Assembly: GCA_951406725.2 (NCBI GenBank)
Contig: OX597817.1
Coordinates: forward strand, 127,162,001 to 127,226,000
Direction: 5' to 3'
From: Octopus vulgaris
Taxonomy: Eukaryota
Length of the DNA: 64,000 bases
Under the pieces are notes generated by a model. It saw only the letters and a list, made by a program, of their open reading frames with translations, ran no database searches and was not told the origin of the DNA. A program made the position numbers and the translations under genes. Below, piece after piece: positions 28,551 to 42,397 of this stretch (its first letter is position 1; every line of letters starts with the position of its first letter).

Positions 28551-28681
28551 ATATATATATATATACATACCGAAATAATATACGGTAAAATATTTCAAAA
28601 TTATAGTTACACTTTCGACCTTGTATATGTAACGTAGCATTTTGTAACAGCCAATAATTAACGCAACCAAACTTCTACATG

Positions 28682-28726
28682 TTACATTTGACAAACTTTT
28701 TCCAAAGAGTGAAACCGGTAAAGTAA
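28682..28726 (+). ncRNA. Minimal type I hammerhead with U3-A8 core variant
   Basis: UUACAU-UUGACAA-ACUUUU ucca AAGAGU-GAAACCGGUA-AAGUAA; palindromic stem III ACCGGU; stem I 5 of 6 pairs. Confidence 0.65.
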
Positions 28727-28789
28727 ATAAACATCTTTTAAAATTGCATTTTCAAACCTTCTTTCGTATATATATGTATATATATATAT

Positions 28790-28832
<43 letters not shown>

Positions 28833-28859
28833 TTTACATATATATATGTATATATATAT

Positions 28860-28906
<47 letters not shown>

Positions 28907-28955
28907 TTTACATATATGTATGTATATATGTATATATATATACATTATATATATG

Positions 28956-29038
<83 letters not shown>

Positions 29039-29040
29039 GT

Positions 29041-29803
29041 ATACTTTGATACTTTGATAGGTTTCGGCCATTATTGGCCCAGGCCATGTCTAACTTAATA
29101 GCACCACCTGGTGAAGTCTTTCAAGTCAGAATTTGGGCACTATGGCCCACTCAAGTAGAGAGTTATTGTTTACAGAGACATATCCGGGTGTAGGGGGTTT
29201 ATCCGGGATTTCTTGACGGAATCTGTCCAAAGACTTCTTGAACCCTATAGGGTCTGTTTCTGTTTTAATGTGTTTTGGTGTAATGTTAAAGAGAGCGGGG
29301 CCAATTGAGGTGAAATAATTATGCTGTATTGTTGTTATGAGATGAGAGTGCGATTTTTGTTTTGGGCGGATGGCACGGGGCCCAAGCCTTGGATGTACCT
29401 TAAAGGTGATGCCAACATCATTTGGGCAATGCTGAAGGAATATTTTCCACAGCATGCAGATGATGTAGAGCTCACGACGACGTTGGAGAGAATAAAGTTT
29501 TAGCTTTTCTAGTTTTAGCCTGTCATGCCATCTATCTTTTTTGTGATTGCCCTTTGAGGTGCTTCAACTTTTATGATACTTTGTTTTGTGTGGGGAGACC
29601 ACAGTGGACAACAGTATTCAATGTGGGGTCGGGCAAAAGTGGAGAAGAGAAGGATAATGGTGTGGATATCTCTCGACTGGAAAGTTCTGAGAATCCAGGA
29701 ACACATTCTGGGGACCATGTCAACTTTGGTGTTTATATGAGTGGCCCAGCTTATGTTGTTGTCCACAATTACTCCCAAGTCTCTGATGTTGTTGGATGCC
29801 ACG
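29041..29803 (-). mobile_element. 5'-truncated CR1-like LINE (RT C-terminal region, 3' UTR, (ATCAAAGT)n tail)
   Basis: IRDLGVIVD...[13 protein letters not shown]...QRAITKKI, then after a frameshift LYSLQRRRE...GPALFN...FKKSLDRF...IPDKP; both ends lie in (TA)n. Confidence 0.92.
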
Positions 29804-29855
29804 ATATATATATGGATACACTATATATATGTATGTATATATATATATGTATATA

Positions 29856-29918
<63 letters not shown>

Positions 29919-29967
29919 ATATATGTATATATATGTATATATATTTATATATATGTATATGTATATT

Positions 29968-30005
<38 letters not shown>

Positions 30006-30007
30006 CA

Positions 30008-30308
30008 TCTATATATATAAAAGAAAATTTGTGTGGTGTCTGTTTCCTACGATTTAGATTCCTAACTACTCCCAAATTTTGCAGTGCAGTTTAACCAAAA
30101 GCGGGTATCTTATAGTCGTGATTGATATCGAGCCCTTCTGGGTATTAGCGTGCGTCTACGATGAGTCTACGTTTAAAAAAAAATTTACGATCATTTTTTT
30201 CCATTTTTAATGCATTTTTTTGCTATTATATAAGGGAAGTAATTCTCTAAAAATGCTTATATAGTAATTTCCCTTACAAACCCGAGCAACGCCGGGCGAT
30301 ACTGATAG
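30008..30308 (+). mobile_element. Non-autonomous Helitron
   Basis: A|TCTATATATATAAA 5' end; subterminal hairpin CCCGaGC aac GCCGGG at 30281-30296; 3' end ATAG|T (decayed CTAG). Confidence 0.75.
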
Positions 30309-30323
30309 TTATATATATGTATG

Positions 30324-30361
<38 letters not shown>

Positions 30362-30382
30362 TATACATTATATATATGTATG

Positions 30383-30434
<52 letters not shown>

Positions 30435-32284
30435 TATGTATATTTATATATATATATATATATATAGAAATAGAATAATAACACGGCCATGTCACTCGGC
30501 TTACTACCTCATGAAGGTCACTGCTAACTCTCACTGCGCACGTCACCGTGTTCCGCCACCTGATGGTTCGTTACAGAACTAGTCTGGGAACTTTTTGAGA
30601 CCACCTTATATATACAGGGATATTTTAGCCATTGTATTTAGTTTTATCCATTGCTATTCAACGTTACAAAGGATATGAGTTAAATATTGCAAAAAGGAAA
30701 AGCAGTACAGATTTCATATCTTTTGTAATGTTAACTTGCTAGAGAATGACAAATTATGTACTAGTAATATAATTATATCTGATTCAACTGTTTTTAAACA
30801 CGTCGTATAAATACTAACATTGTCTATATGTAACAAACGAATATTGATTTTTGTGTTCGGTACAATCCTTAACTACATTTAGTGGAGACGGTTGAATCGA
30901 TTAAATTGAATCAATCCAATACTAATACTTATTTCTCAATCCTCAAAACCGCAAATTTAAGAAGATTAATTTAATGTCAAGGACATCACAAGTCTGAATG
31001 AAAAAATATAACCGTTATCAGTATTTTTTGAAGTGCCATACGAATTCTACCATAAATTGCTCTCAATGAAAGAAATCGATATCACAAAACGAATATTATT
31101 GGTGGGAAATGTTAATTTCGTGTTAGTTTCGTTTGACTGGCGAATCATCATTTTATCAAGTAAATTTAATGTGAATTGATCCTGTTCATTATATTCACAT
31201 CTAAGAATATATTCGATAAGTCACTCATTGTAATTTTGCTTGGTTTAGCCTTAATTTTCCTACCAGCTACTTCACGGTAATTATTTTTCTAACACATTGT
31301 GGTCATTAACAATAATTCGATCATTAATACACAACAAAACACACAAACGTGTGTGTTTGTGTGTGTGTGTACATGTGTGTGTGTGTGCGTATGTGCACCT
31401 CTCATTGTGTGTGTATCTGTGTGTGAGTGTGAATGTATATATAGATATATATGTATTATGTATGTGCTAAGTACGTGCGTATGTATGTGTGTATGTGTGT
31501 GTATATGCGTGTGCGTATGTGTGTTTGTGTATGTATGAATGCATGTATTGATTTATATATATTCAAAATTATTTTGACCACTTATCTCATTTATTCCTTT
31601 TAGTGTTAGGCGTTGCTTCGAAATAATTTCTATTCATTATAAATGAGTAAAGCATTAGTTATCAAAGTATAAATACTCACATTTTATTCAGATATTAATC
31701 TTTAATAATCAAGTCTCAAGTAAGTATTATGTATGAAATATAACTCGCCTATACTTGTAGAGTAGAAAATGCACTTTGCTGTTTTTTTGTGGGGTTTTTT
31801 TTTGTGGGGGCGTCTATACTACAATTTACTGCCACAACTATTTTGCAAGATTTCAAATTTCTTATTACAGACCACTGCAATATTTCATTTTTATGCGGAG
31901 CAAATCAACGACTTCAAAAGTCAATTGATTGCCAACACTAGATCCTCAAAACCAATATGGTGAAAATTAAAGATTATTTGCTCTACAAATTTCAATCAAC
32001 TACAGAGTTTGCTTAACCACACATTGGCACGCAAATACACACACGCACCCTTCGTTTTATATATATATACATATATATATTACCGAAGTGGGGGAGGTCT
32101 TAACGGTCAAGGAAATGACCTGCTGAAGTGGTCTGATTATTTTTTCTCTTATGTAATCTATTAATAACCAATAAAAAGTCAGTCTCACGGAAACATCCGT
32201 GACGTAATTGAAAAGTAGCTTTCAGTTCTATTACACACACGCAAACACACACACACACGCACACATACACATACACACACACAC

Positions 32285-32367
<83 letters not shown>

Positions 32368-33883
32368 CATCTACTTTCAAATAGTTGCAGTAGCCATTAT
32401 CGATATACCTGACCAACACAAGTAGATAATATGCAAGCAGTTTCAATGGTAACAGTGGAGCACTACCGATCTATTTGTACGAAGTTGTGATTATTATATT
32501 GTGTGCTGAAATTCATTGTGGGTGAAACTGAATTTCATTCAACACCAATACTCGACGAGAACATCATTAGAAATTATGCAATGTCCTATCAACTTTATGA
32601 GATTAGTATAAAACTATTTGATTTCTCGTTTTACCACTAACTGCTTTTGAGCCTGATTTAACGAAGTTCAAGCTGCCACAAGAATCCTGATGCGGGTGGG
32701 TTCAAGTTAGTGAATATATCTCTTTTTCCCTCTAGTGACCCTATAAAACATTACATTTCTCACCCAACTAAGAGATCAAAGAATTAAACTAAAAAGAATA
32801 TAAAAATTTATTTTGAAAGGATATTTTCAGTGATTTCGAGTAATATTATTTTTTATTTTGGAGGAATTGGTTTGATAGATCAATAAATTACTGAATTAAT
32901 TTCCATGCTGTAATTAATCAAAGTACTTCACATTCTTTTTTGAAATAGTACTACGGGAAACTTCGGTTTTTTTTTTGTATGTTATATCATGGCCCGTTGA
33001 GTGTATAATTGTCAGGTGTTGTCAATTATAATCGATTATATTTTCCGCCGAAATATAAAGTCTTGTGCCTACATTTGAAAATAATATATTTATATACTGC
33101 TTCTCATCATAACTCAAAATATAAATTAAATAATATAGCAAAGCGTACAAACAATATAATTTATTATAGTCGATGAAAATATGGACATCTGACAGATGGT
33201 AATGAAAGATAAAAAACAAACATTACTCAGATATTATCTTTATTGATGCTAATTCATCTAATAGAACAAAAAGTATCTTTATGAATAAACGCTACATTAA
33301 TAATGCTACTAGATTATTTTAATGACTTAATATTAGCAATATTGAAGTAATGGAAATATACTAGATGCATGGTTTTGACTATGTATGCAACAGCAATTCG
33401 TGAGTTCATTTTCAATATGGGAACAAACGCACATATACAAATACTTGTATAATATTTTGAAAGAGACTACATACAGGGAATTTCAAACATCGAGTAAAGC
33501 CAAAAATATTCTAATATGGTAGATAAATTACTACATTGAAGTAACATATGGCAACTTTCATAGATTTCAAATACTCTCAATCTCCCACAATATAAAACAC
33601 GTATTTATATATTTATAATAAATAGTGTATGAATGTATGCGTATATACACATATACACGTATCCCGGTATGGTCACAGCCTCTGGTTGAAACCAAAAACA
33701 CAGTAAAAGAATATATATATATGAGCATACGAAATTAAGACAAACTTTGCTATTAAAAGAATTACGGAATTGTGGGTTGGAATGGTAGACAGTAAAAGAA
33801 GAAATAAACACGTTTCTTCAAAGATGTAAAACAAGTTCCCCACCTCAAATGAAGGAAAGATTATGCTAACCGAATCAAAGATA

Positions 33884-34094
33884 CAGGGTGCGGCAGAATT
33901 ACCTCCCACATTTTGAACTTTCATTTATGTGTTGCTAATGAACTGATGCAAATGCCAAATGATGCTTTCATTTAGCTAATGAACAAAACCTGTAATCCTT
34001 TGTTTAAACAACAGTAAAATTAATTGTTCATAAATGTTGTTTATTTTTCCTTTTGGCAACCTTTCAAATGTGGGGGTATTTCTGCTGCACCTTG
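33884..34094. mobile_element. Tc1/mariner-type MITE, 211 bp
   Basis: TA|cagggtgcggcagaattacctcccacatttt ... aaatgtgggggtatttctgctgcaccttg|TA. Confidence 0.85.
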
Positions 34095-35709
34095 TACTTT
34101 TCCTGCATCTTGATATTTTAATATTCGCTACAACGAAAATAATGCAAGGTATTCTTTACAACAAATTCTTCGTAGTATTTGATCTATGAAATCCGACTAG
34201 AAGGACTTTGTTATTTTAGAGACACTACTGGATTATTATGAGACTCAAATGAAAATTTTGTTCTTTGAAGTTCTATCAAAGATGCACTGCACCCACATGT
34301 GTGAACACATAAATTCACATGCATGCACTCCGACACGTACTGTGTGACTGTGTGGATATAAACATCATGGGCCGTACATACATAATGTATGCGGTTGTTT
34401 ATACGCTTAATTTGCTTCTGGATAGCACTCAAGGCAAGGTCCCTACACGACGCTGAGTGTTGAAGGGCACCGACTGTCCTAGAACCTCGAATCAGCTCGA
34501 CTCGGAATCTGAGAATGGTAGATACCGATATCTTGTCTTTACTGTGTATTATCAATATTGTGCACTCGGATCATCTCGAAACCGCGTGAATCGCTAGTCT
34601 TTAACTTATATGCAATTATAGTGAAGCCTATATGCTGAATTAGTTCAGAATAGCATCCGAGGAAAGCTCCTTACACAACGTCGATTGTTAAAGGATACAA
34701 AATGTTGTAAACCAGGCGAGACAACGCCTATTTCCGGACATTTTGCTATCTAATATTCGTTGTTCTTTGGCTCTCGGAGTCGTGTACGGAGCTCTACTGG
34801 ACTCTATCCTGCAGTTAGTCTGGCGTATAAACAAAACACTACCTATGTGCGACCGATAATGTTTAGTTTACTAGAAGTGCTTTTAATTTGTCATTTAATA
34901 TTATACATATAAGAGTTCCTTGTATTTTTGTGTGATAGGGAAAATTAACACAGCCAAAATCAACCCTAGCACTGTCTTCTAACATTACTTAATTCTGCGA
35001 AATCTTTAGACGTAACAGTTATAGCTTCCATTATACGTTTAGTCTTTTACATTTTATTCTTTAAATTCATATCTTAAATGCCGGTGTAGTTTTTATTATT
35101 TTTAAACGACAGATATTATTTATATTCCTATGTACCTACTACTCATACGTTTGATAACTTAGCGGTGGATTCGCAGCATTTTATTCGGAAAAATTATAGC
35201 AGGTTTAGTTGTCTTCTTCATCTTCACAACATAGTGAGAGATATGGAATTTTAAATAATGTACAGGTAATTTATTTCCATATCTTTTTATTGTTTCGTAA
35301 TCCATAAACAAACTCGTCCTATGATATTATGACCTAATATGTATTATTTTAACTTCTAAAATTGAAATAAGTTTCTGCACCAGCTTTATTTCTAGATATA
35401 TAAGTCAGAATATCTTACTTAGGTACCATATAGAACTGCCAGTAAATGAAGCAAACAGAAAGTCACTGCAGAAATTAGTATGAATTCGGTCTTACACAGT
35501 TATTTGAAAGCATAAGAATATAGCTCGAATGAAGCCTGTTTTTCAAATTATAATTTTAACTATCTTGTTATCATAACACTAAGTTAATTTTAGACCAATT
35601 GCAAAATGGTATTATTTCTGCCAATTTTCTTGTTGTTTCTTACTATCTCAGCACTGATCAAGCAATTCTATGTTTAAATTAAACCTTATTATAAATATTG
35701 CTTGTTTTG

Positions 35710-35759
<50 letters not shown>

Positions 35760-35944
35760 GCCGAGTATAATTTTAGGTACGATAGGTATTCTTCTTAAGG
35801 ACAGCAGGTGTAATTTAAGTGAAATGTTACAGCAGTTTCTAGCAGAACGATTTACCATGTTGCGTGTGATTAGAACAGCTTCCCATGCATGTGTAAATGT
35901 ATGTATGTATATATATATATTTATGCGTGTGTGTGTGTATGTGA

Positions 35945-35994
<50 letters not shown>

Positions 35995-36897
35995 CCGAAC
36001 CGACTTTATGAAAAAAGATCTACATAATAGAAATATATTTTATTTCCCGTCATTATTTTTTTCCTGTGCTTAAATACAATATATACAAATGTATTCTTTG
36101 AAGTATTCTGACTTAATAATAAATGTACTGCTTTATGGATCATAAACTATACAAAGCATTTGGTGTATTCAAGTAATTCTTGCAAATCGGAAGAAAATGT
36201 CACCACTCATCAATTTTGTGAGGACGAAATAATGATATAAGTTCGCTAAGTTGGGCTTTAAAATTGCTTCAAACCACTGATGTAACAAAAAAGAACATGC
36301 AAATGCTTTAAAACAAGAGCGATCTCGTTCATGTCCCAGAGTTATGAGATAATAAACGTGGGGAAATAGCTGGACGACTAGTAACATAATTGCCAACAAC
36401 ACTACACCGTTTTTTTTTTTATTTCCGTTGTTTCTTGTACATGGATGTGTATATTTTTGCACTGACGTCGTAATATTGCATATCTAGAATTTAATACACT
36501 TAAACATAACTAAATTTCGGTTTAATGTTACTGCTTTTATGGCATATGTGAAATTTTTCTGTCATACAAATTGGTCGTAAAGTTTTCGAAATATATTAAT
36601 CGTCCTCGTTATGGTAAAATATATGAGGAAATTTAGGTTAAACTTTAATATATTCAAATAAATTATACCCTACAATGTCCCTTCATATTTGTATTTGATC
36701 CTTAGTCTTCATATTCTTATGCTTCAGCAATTTTTTTTTTGTATTTTCTAGTACGTTCTTTGTGCGTAGTTATAAAGACAAAACAAAATTTATTTTCGTT
36801 GGCTCTTTTATTCTAGTTAAGCTTTTCTGTTTTACTCTGTGAAAGTTATTTACATTTATAGCTAAAAAAAACAAAAGAGGATTAATCGTGGAAATAA

Positions 36898-37476
36898 CGG
36901 TTTCAAATTTCGACACAAGGCCAGAGATTTTGAGGGAGTCCAAGTCAATTGCATTGGTCCCAGTGTGATATGATATCGAACACCAAAGGATGAAAGGTAA
37001 AGTCACCCGTGATGGAAATTGAACTCAGAACGTAGCTGGAGACGAAATACCTATTTCTTTACTACCCACAAGGGGCTAAACACAGATAAGACAAACAAGG
37101 ACAGACAGACAGACAGACAAACGGTTTAAGTCGATTGTATCGACCCCGGTGCCTAACTGGTACTTTATTTATCGACCCCGAAAGGATGAAAGGCAAAGTC
37201 GACCTCGGCGGAATCTGAACTCAGAACGTAACGGCACACGAAACACTTATCTCTTTACTACCAACAAGGGGCTAAACACAGAGAGGACAAACAAAGACAG
37301 ACAAACGGATTAAGTCGATTATACCGACCCCAGTGCGTAACTGGTACTTAAATTATCGACCCCGAAAGGATGAAAGGCAACGTCGACCTCGGCGGAATTT
37401 GAACTCAGAACGTAACGGCAGACGAAATAAGGCTACGCATTTCGCCCGGCGTGCTAACGTTTCTGCCAGCTTGCTG
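36898..37476 (-). mobile_element. Tandem trimer of SINE bodies behind one head (family of 20705)
   Basis: gaactcagaacgta recurs at ~37021, ~37217 and ~37401; only one 5' head, at ~37476. Confidence 0.9.
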
Positions 37477-38629
37477 TCTTACATCGTGGAAATGATAAAA
37501 GAAATTTTTCTGCAATTTAAGACGGAAGAGTTTTCTTATATTTTTCCCTTTTCACTTTTCGAATTTCTTTCTTTTCTTTATATTCTTTATATTCAGGAAA
37601 TGTATTGCTCATGTATAATTTATTGCTCATATTTAATTAAATTCTTTCCTACTTCTCGTGCACTTAAAAAAGTATCGTGAGAACACTGCTGAGACGCTTC
37701 CACAAAATAAAAAGAAAAAACTGTTAGAAAACCGATTATAGCAGCGACTCCATCTAAGAATATCTGAAGAAGGATTATTCCGAAATATCATATCAGACTG
37801 TGGATGCCTTAGTATTATAGTGCACTGTTGTACCATTCAAAACTTTTTATTCTTCAGAAAATTAACTAACCTATACTTGTAAATTGTTTTGTTTTTTTTT
37901 TTGTCTGAGTGCGTGTGTGTAAGGAGGGGCGGCGGTTGTGTGTGCGTGGGTGTGTGTATGTGCGTACGAAATTAACGGAAAGAAAAATAGCGAACCCGGT
38001 GCTACATAACCCGAAGTCACTGCAACATATCAGATCTACAGGTTTTAGACTAGATAAGCGAAGTATGTAATAAGTAAAAAAGAATCTTGTAGAAATATTG
38101 AAAATATTTGTAAAACATATTCGGTATGAATTTCAACTCATACTGTCTTCCCCAATCCTTTTCTCCATTATCCGATGTACCGGGCTTGTGTGATACATTA
38201 CACTAAATCAAATTTTGTAGGTAGAAAAACATATCAAACATATTAACCAGAATAACTGCAATATTTCATACAGGTTTCGCATAATTTCTTTCAGTGAAAT
38301 ATTGTTGGCTTCCCTTTTAGCTTAAAGTATACGCTCTAAATATTTCAATAATCTATTAAGCCTGCTATTTATTCCGTCTAAATATCACACATTTTCTCTC
38401 TCTCTTTCTCTCTCCCCTCCTCTCTCTCTATCTATCTATCTCTCTGTATATTTCTTATGATTGCATAGAGTGATATGATTACACTTATAAGTGTGTATAT
38501 ATGTATGAATCAAGGAGCATAGAGAGAAGTAAATACTTTGTAGAATGCTATATACAATCATTCAAAGCACGACACTTGGTTTTATATAAAAAACATAAGG
38601 TCTGGACGAAGAAGAATACTAGATACCGC

Positions 38630-38975
38630 TGAGATTTCTAGGCAAAATGTTATTCTTTGTGTCTACAGGAAATAATAGTTGTCTTTAGTATGAACGACAA
38701 AACGTCGAGAGATTTTGTTTTTGTGGTAGTTATAACAGCAGATGAAATGCTGTTAGTTGCTTGCCGACTACTGATTTCTAAAGTTGTTCGTCCTCTGGTT
38801 CTTCATTGCCTTTGGTGTTGTCAGCTGCTGTCCGCTGTCTCTGTTGGCCAGCTGGTTTATAGGCTCGGAATAAAGCGCGCTAAAAGAAAAGTGGTCTCTG
38901 AAGCCTATTCGACGTGAAGTCATGTTTAATCTGGTATTGATCATCACGTGGGCAATATCCTCTACTTTTTTCATT
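38630..38975 (-). pseudogene. Second decayed Ser/Thr-rich exon candidate
   Basis: SETTF...*TSWPTETADSS*...RTTLEISSRQATNSISSAVITTTKTKS with stops; acceptor-like catacatag near 38976. Confidence 0.25.
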
Positions 38976-39289
38976 CTATGTATGCATATTTTTTCTTATT
39001 TCATACCCAAATTATTATATCTAATTTATTACATCTAATTTATTTACCTTCATAATTGCCTCCATGTCTGCTGAATTTGATCCCTCACAACCATTATTAA
39101 CCCCGTAGAATTGATCCCCTTTAAAAACATCACAGTCTAAGTTTGAACACTATTAAATGTCTTCTATACTGAGAACCTGTGGATCTAATCTGTGGACTAT
39201 ATATATACATGCATACATATGTGTGTGTGCACAAATTAAAATCCAAAATTGTTATACCTTCTACGGACTATATATATGTGTGTGTATAT

Positions 39290-39695
39290 ATATATATTAT
39301 TCAAAGAAATTCCAACTCTGTTTTTTATGTTTTATTTATATTCTTTATAATATTAATGTAGAATATAGAATATATAGTATAAATAATATATATAGTAAAA
39401 TGAAATGAAGTATTAATTGTCTTATTGAAAAGATGAAATATTGAATATAAAATATTAAGGGACTAGTATACTTTTTTGCATTAAAGCAGTCTTCAAGGCC
39501 CCAAAACACTCCTGTCACAACCTTAATATTTTATATTCAATATTTCATCTTTTCAATAAGACAATTAATACTTCATTTCATTTTACTATTTATATTATTC
39601 GTACTATATATTCTATATTCTACATTAATATTATAAAGAATATAAATAAAACATAAAAAACAGACAGAGTTGAAATTTCTCTGAATAATATATAT
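39290..39695. repeat. Long inverted repeat (~170 bp arms, 60 bp spacer)
   Basis: 39290-39460 is nearly the reverse complement of 39521-39695. Confidence 0.9.
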
Positions 39696-39998
39696 CCCTC
39701 TATACACAATCATACAAACCCCTTTATATATATATATATATAAAGATAGATATATGAAGAACTCTTGATTAAATACGTAAAAAGGCAGCTTTTAAGATAC
39801 GGATGGAAATAAAGGATAGCCAGAATGTCACAGAATCCAGTACAACGAGAGAAAGATAAACAGAAAGCGTTTGTGATGCTCATAAATATTTTTTCTACTC
39901 AAATATTCTAGCCAGGTTCATAATCAACAATCAACAAGCGGAAATGACGATGGACCGGTGCCGCAAGTTACAAATACCAGCGTGTATGTATCCCTGTG

Positions 39999-40043
<45 letters not shown>

Positions 40044-40243
40044 GACACGAGTGAGAGAGGGAGAAGATAAGTGAGAGAAATAAAAGAGATGGTGAGCCGA
40101 TATTTTGTGCGTGTGTGTGTATCTACATATGTATATATATAAAGTTAATCCAAACATGAAAACACCAAGAGAAAACACAACAACGCGAGGACGTGGAACA
40201 AATATAGTATTACTGGACGGCCAGGAAGGAAGGAAAGACAGGG

Positions 40244-40276
40244 TTTTACGTTTCGAGCGGGGCTCTTCATCAGAAA
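40244..40276 (-). ncRNA. Minimal type I hammerhead (Penelope-type) within repeat ~40140-40347
   Basis: UUU-CUGAUGA-A-GAGC ccc GCUC-GAAACGUA-AAA; intact core, palindromic ACGU stem III. Confidence 0.75.
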
Positions 40277-40345
40277 TATAGGAAGAGGAAAGATCCAGAG
40301 AAGGGAAGACGGTGGAAAAAATCGCCAACGGTACACACGCGGTAA

Positions 40346-40388
<43 letters not shown>

Positions 40389-41137
40389 ATATATATATAT
40401 ATATATATATAATAAATTAATAAATAAATAAAACATATGCATATATACATACACATATGTACGTACCTACCTCTACATGTATATATACATGCATATATGG
40501 GTACAGGACACCAAAAAAAAAACGTCGAACACAATGAGAAACGAAAACATAAACACAAAACCAAGGAAATGGACATTTTTCTTAAACAACGAAAAAATAG
40601 AGTACAGGACATACAAAACAAGGAAAATTCCCCTTCTTCAGTCGCCTTTGTTTCATATACTCCACGTTTCGAAGGTCAAGGCGACACATGACTTTAATGA
40701 AACAATCCTTCCCACGTAAATCAAATTAAATAAAATTTGAAATTTTTTTGCGGAGAGGTAAAAATGGTAACAAAAACAGGACAGTAACGACAGTACAACA
40801 TATAAACAGTAAAAGACAAGACAAGGAGAATAACACTAACACAAACAAGAAGGGCTGTTAAGCCGAACGAGATAAACTTTTTTACAAACGCTATGTTTTG
40901 AAAACAGCGAGGGAGCAACAGATGTGCCGTCTCTATTTGAAGGTAGCCAGGACAAGAAAGACAGTAGCAGCGTTCTTGTTACGGGTCAACGACTGGGGGG
41001 AGGAGGAGGAATAAGAGAAAGGGAGAGAAAAAAGGGAATGGTTGTAGAGAAAAGAATGAAGAATGAGAGAGAGAGAGGGAGAGACAGTAAGGTAGAAGAA
41101 AGGAAAGCCAATAGAATGAAGGTTTAGAAAGGGAGTG

Positions 41138-41190
<53 letters not shown>

Positions 41191-41232
41191 GCAGGCAGGC
41201 AGACAGACAGATAGACAGACAGACAGACAGAC

Positions 41233-41305
<73 letters not shown>

Positions 41306-41452
41306 TACATGTGTATATACATAAAATTGTACGGCAATCTATTTTTTCTCTCGGGGACTTCTGGCCCTCAAACCTTCTACTTCTTTCGCTACATAACTTT
41401 ATAGTTTTTCGACGGTAAGGTTTTCTGTACAATTTGATGCACACGCACACAA

Positions 41453-41531
<79 letters not shown>

Positions 41532-41646
41532 TGTAAATATACATACATACATAAATATATATATATATTTATCCACTTATTTATACCTATATATATATAT
41601 ATATATACAGATAGATGTAAATATATACAATATTTGGTCGAAACAT

Positions 41647-42395
41647 ATCTAAATGTTTTGCGTTCTTGTCCCAGTTTGTGTTTGGTTACATTTATCCTCT
41701 ATATGGCGGCGCCCGTACCCACTTTTTGAAATTGTATGTGAAATACATTTTTTGGTACGACCCTACAACACTGTCTCTCTCCCCCCTTTCTCTGCCTTTC
41801 ACACTTTGCACTCCACTTTGACCCGTCTCTTTCTCTCTCTCTCCCCTCCTCCTCCTTTGTTCCTTGTTCCCTTTTTTTCTCTCTTCCTCTGTCCCGCTCA
41901 CACGTGAGTAACTTTTGGACTGCTGTCCTGCGTTTTCGTGATCAACAGCCTTATAAGCGAGACACATTTTATTTCTCTCTTCGCCCTTAGGCAATATTTT
42001 AATGCGCCAGCTCATGTTCACCCGTCCTGTTGAAAAGACACCTGTCTGTAACGTCCTGTTTTTGTTATTATTATTATCATTATTGTTTTTACGTATTTTC
42101 GTATTCTTATTCGTGTTATCATTATTATTTTTACGTGTTTTTGTATTCTTATCCGTTCCCGTCTTTGTTTTGTATACATTCGAGGCTTTCTTCCAAGGTA
42201 TCTAATGCGCTTGGCTTAGATTTTCCTTTGGGGCTGGCCAGGTGGGAGCAATCTCAAAATTAATCAGCCGAAATTGCGAAGATGATCCGGTTTTTGACTG
42301 AAGATCGAAGGCTTCGAATGTCCCGTCCTTTTTTTGTATCGTCTTCTAAATGTTTTGCGTTCTTGTCCCAGTTTGTGTTTTTTTACATTTATCCT
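41647..42395. repeat. Unclassified ~750 bp element with ~50 bp terminal direct repeat
   Basis: tctaaatgttttgcgttcttgtcccagtttgtgttt..ttacatttatcct at ~41648 and ~42345. Confidence 0.6.
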
Positions 42396-42397
42396 AT

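Noticed and set aside
34340-34830. GC-richer island with a 114-aa ORF
   Set aside because: No recognisable domain; could be old LINE debris.
40648-40703. Hammerhead on the minus strand (GUUUCAU/AUGAAAC stem, GAAAC..GUA)
   Set aside because: No CUGANGA box is present; at most a deleted remnant.
42296-42328. CTGAAGA...GAATGTC as a hammerhead
   Set aside because: GAAA is incomplete and no stem I forms.
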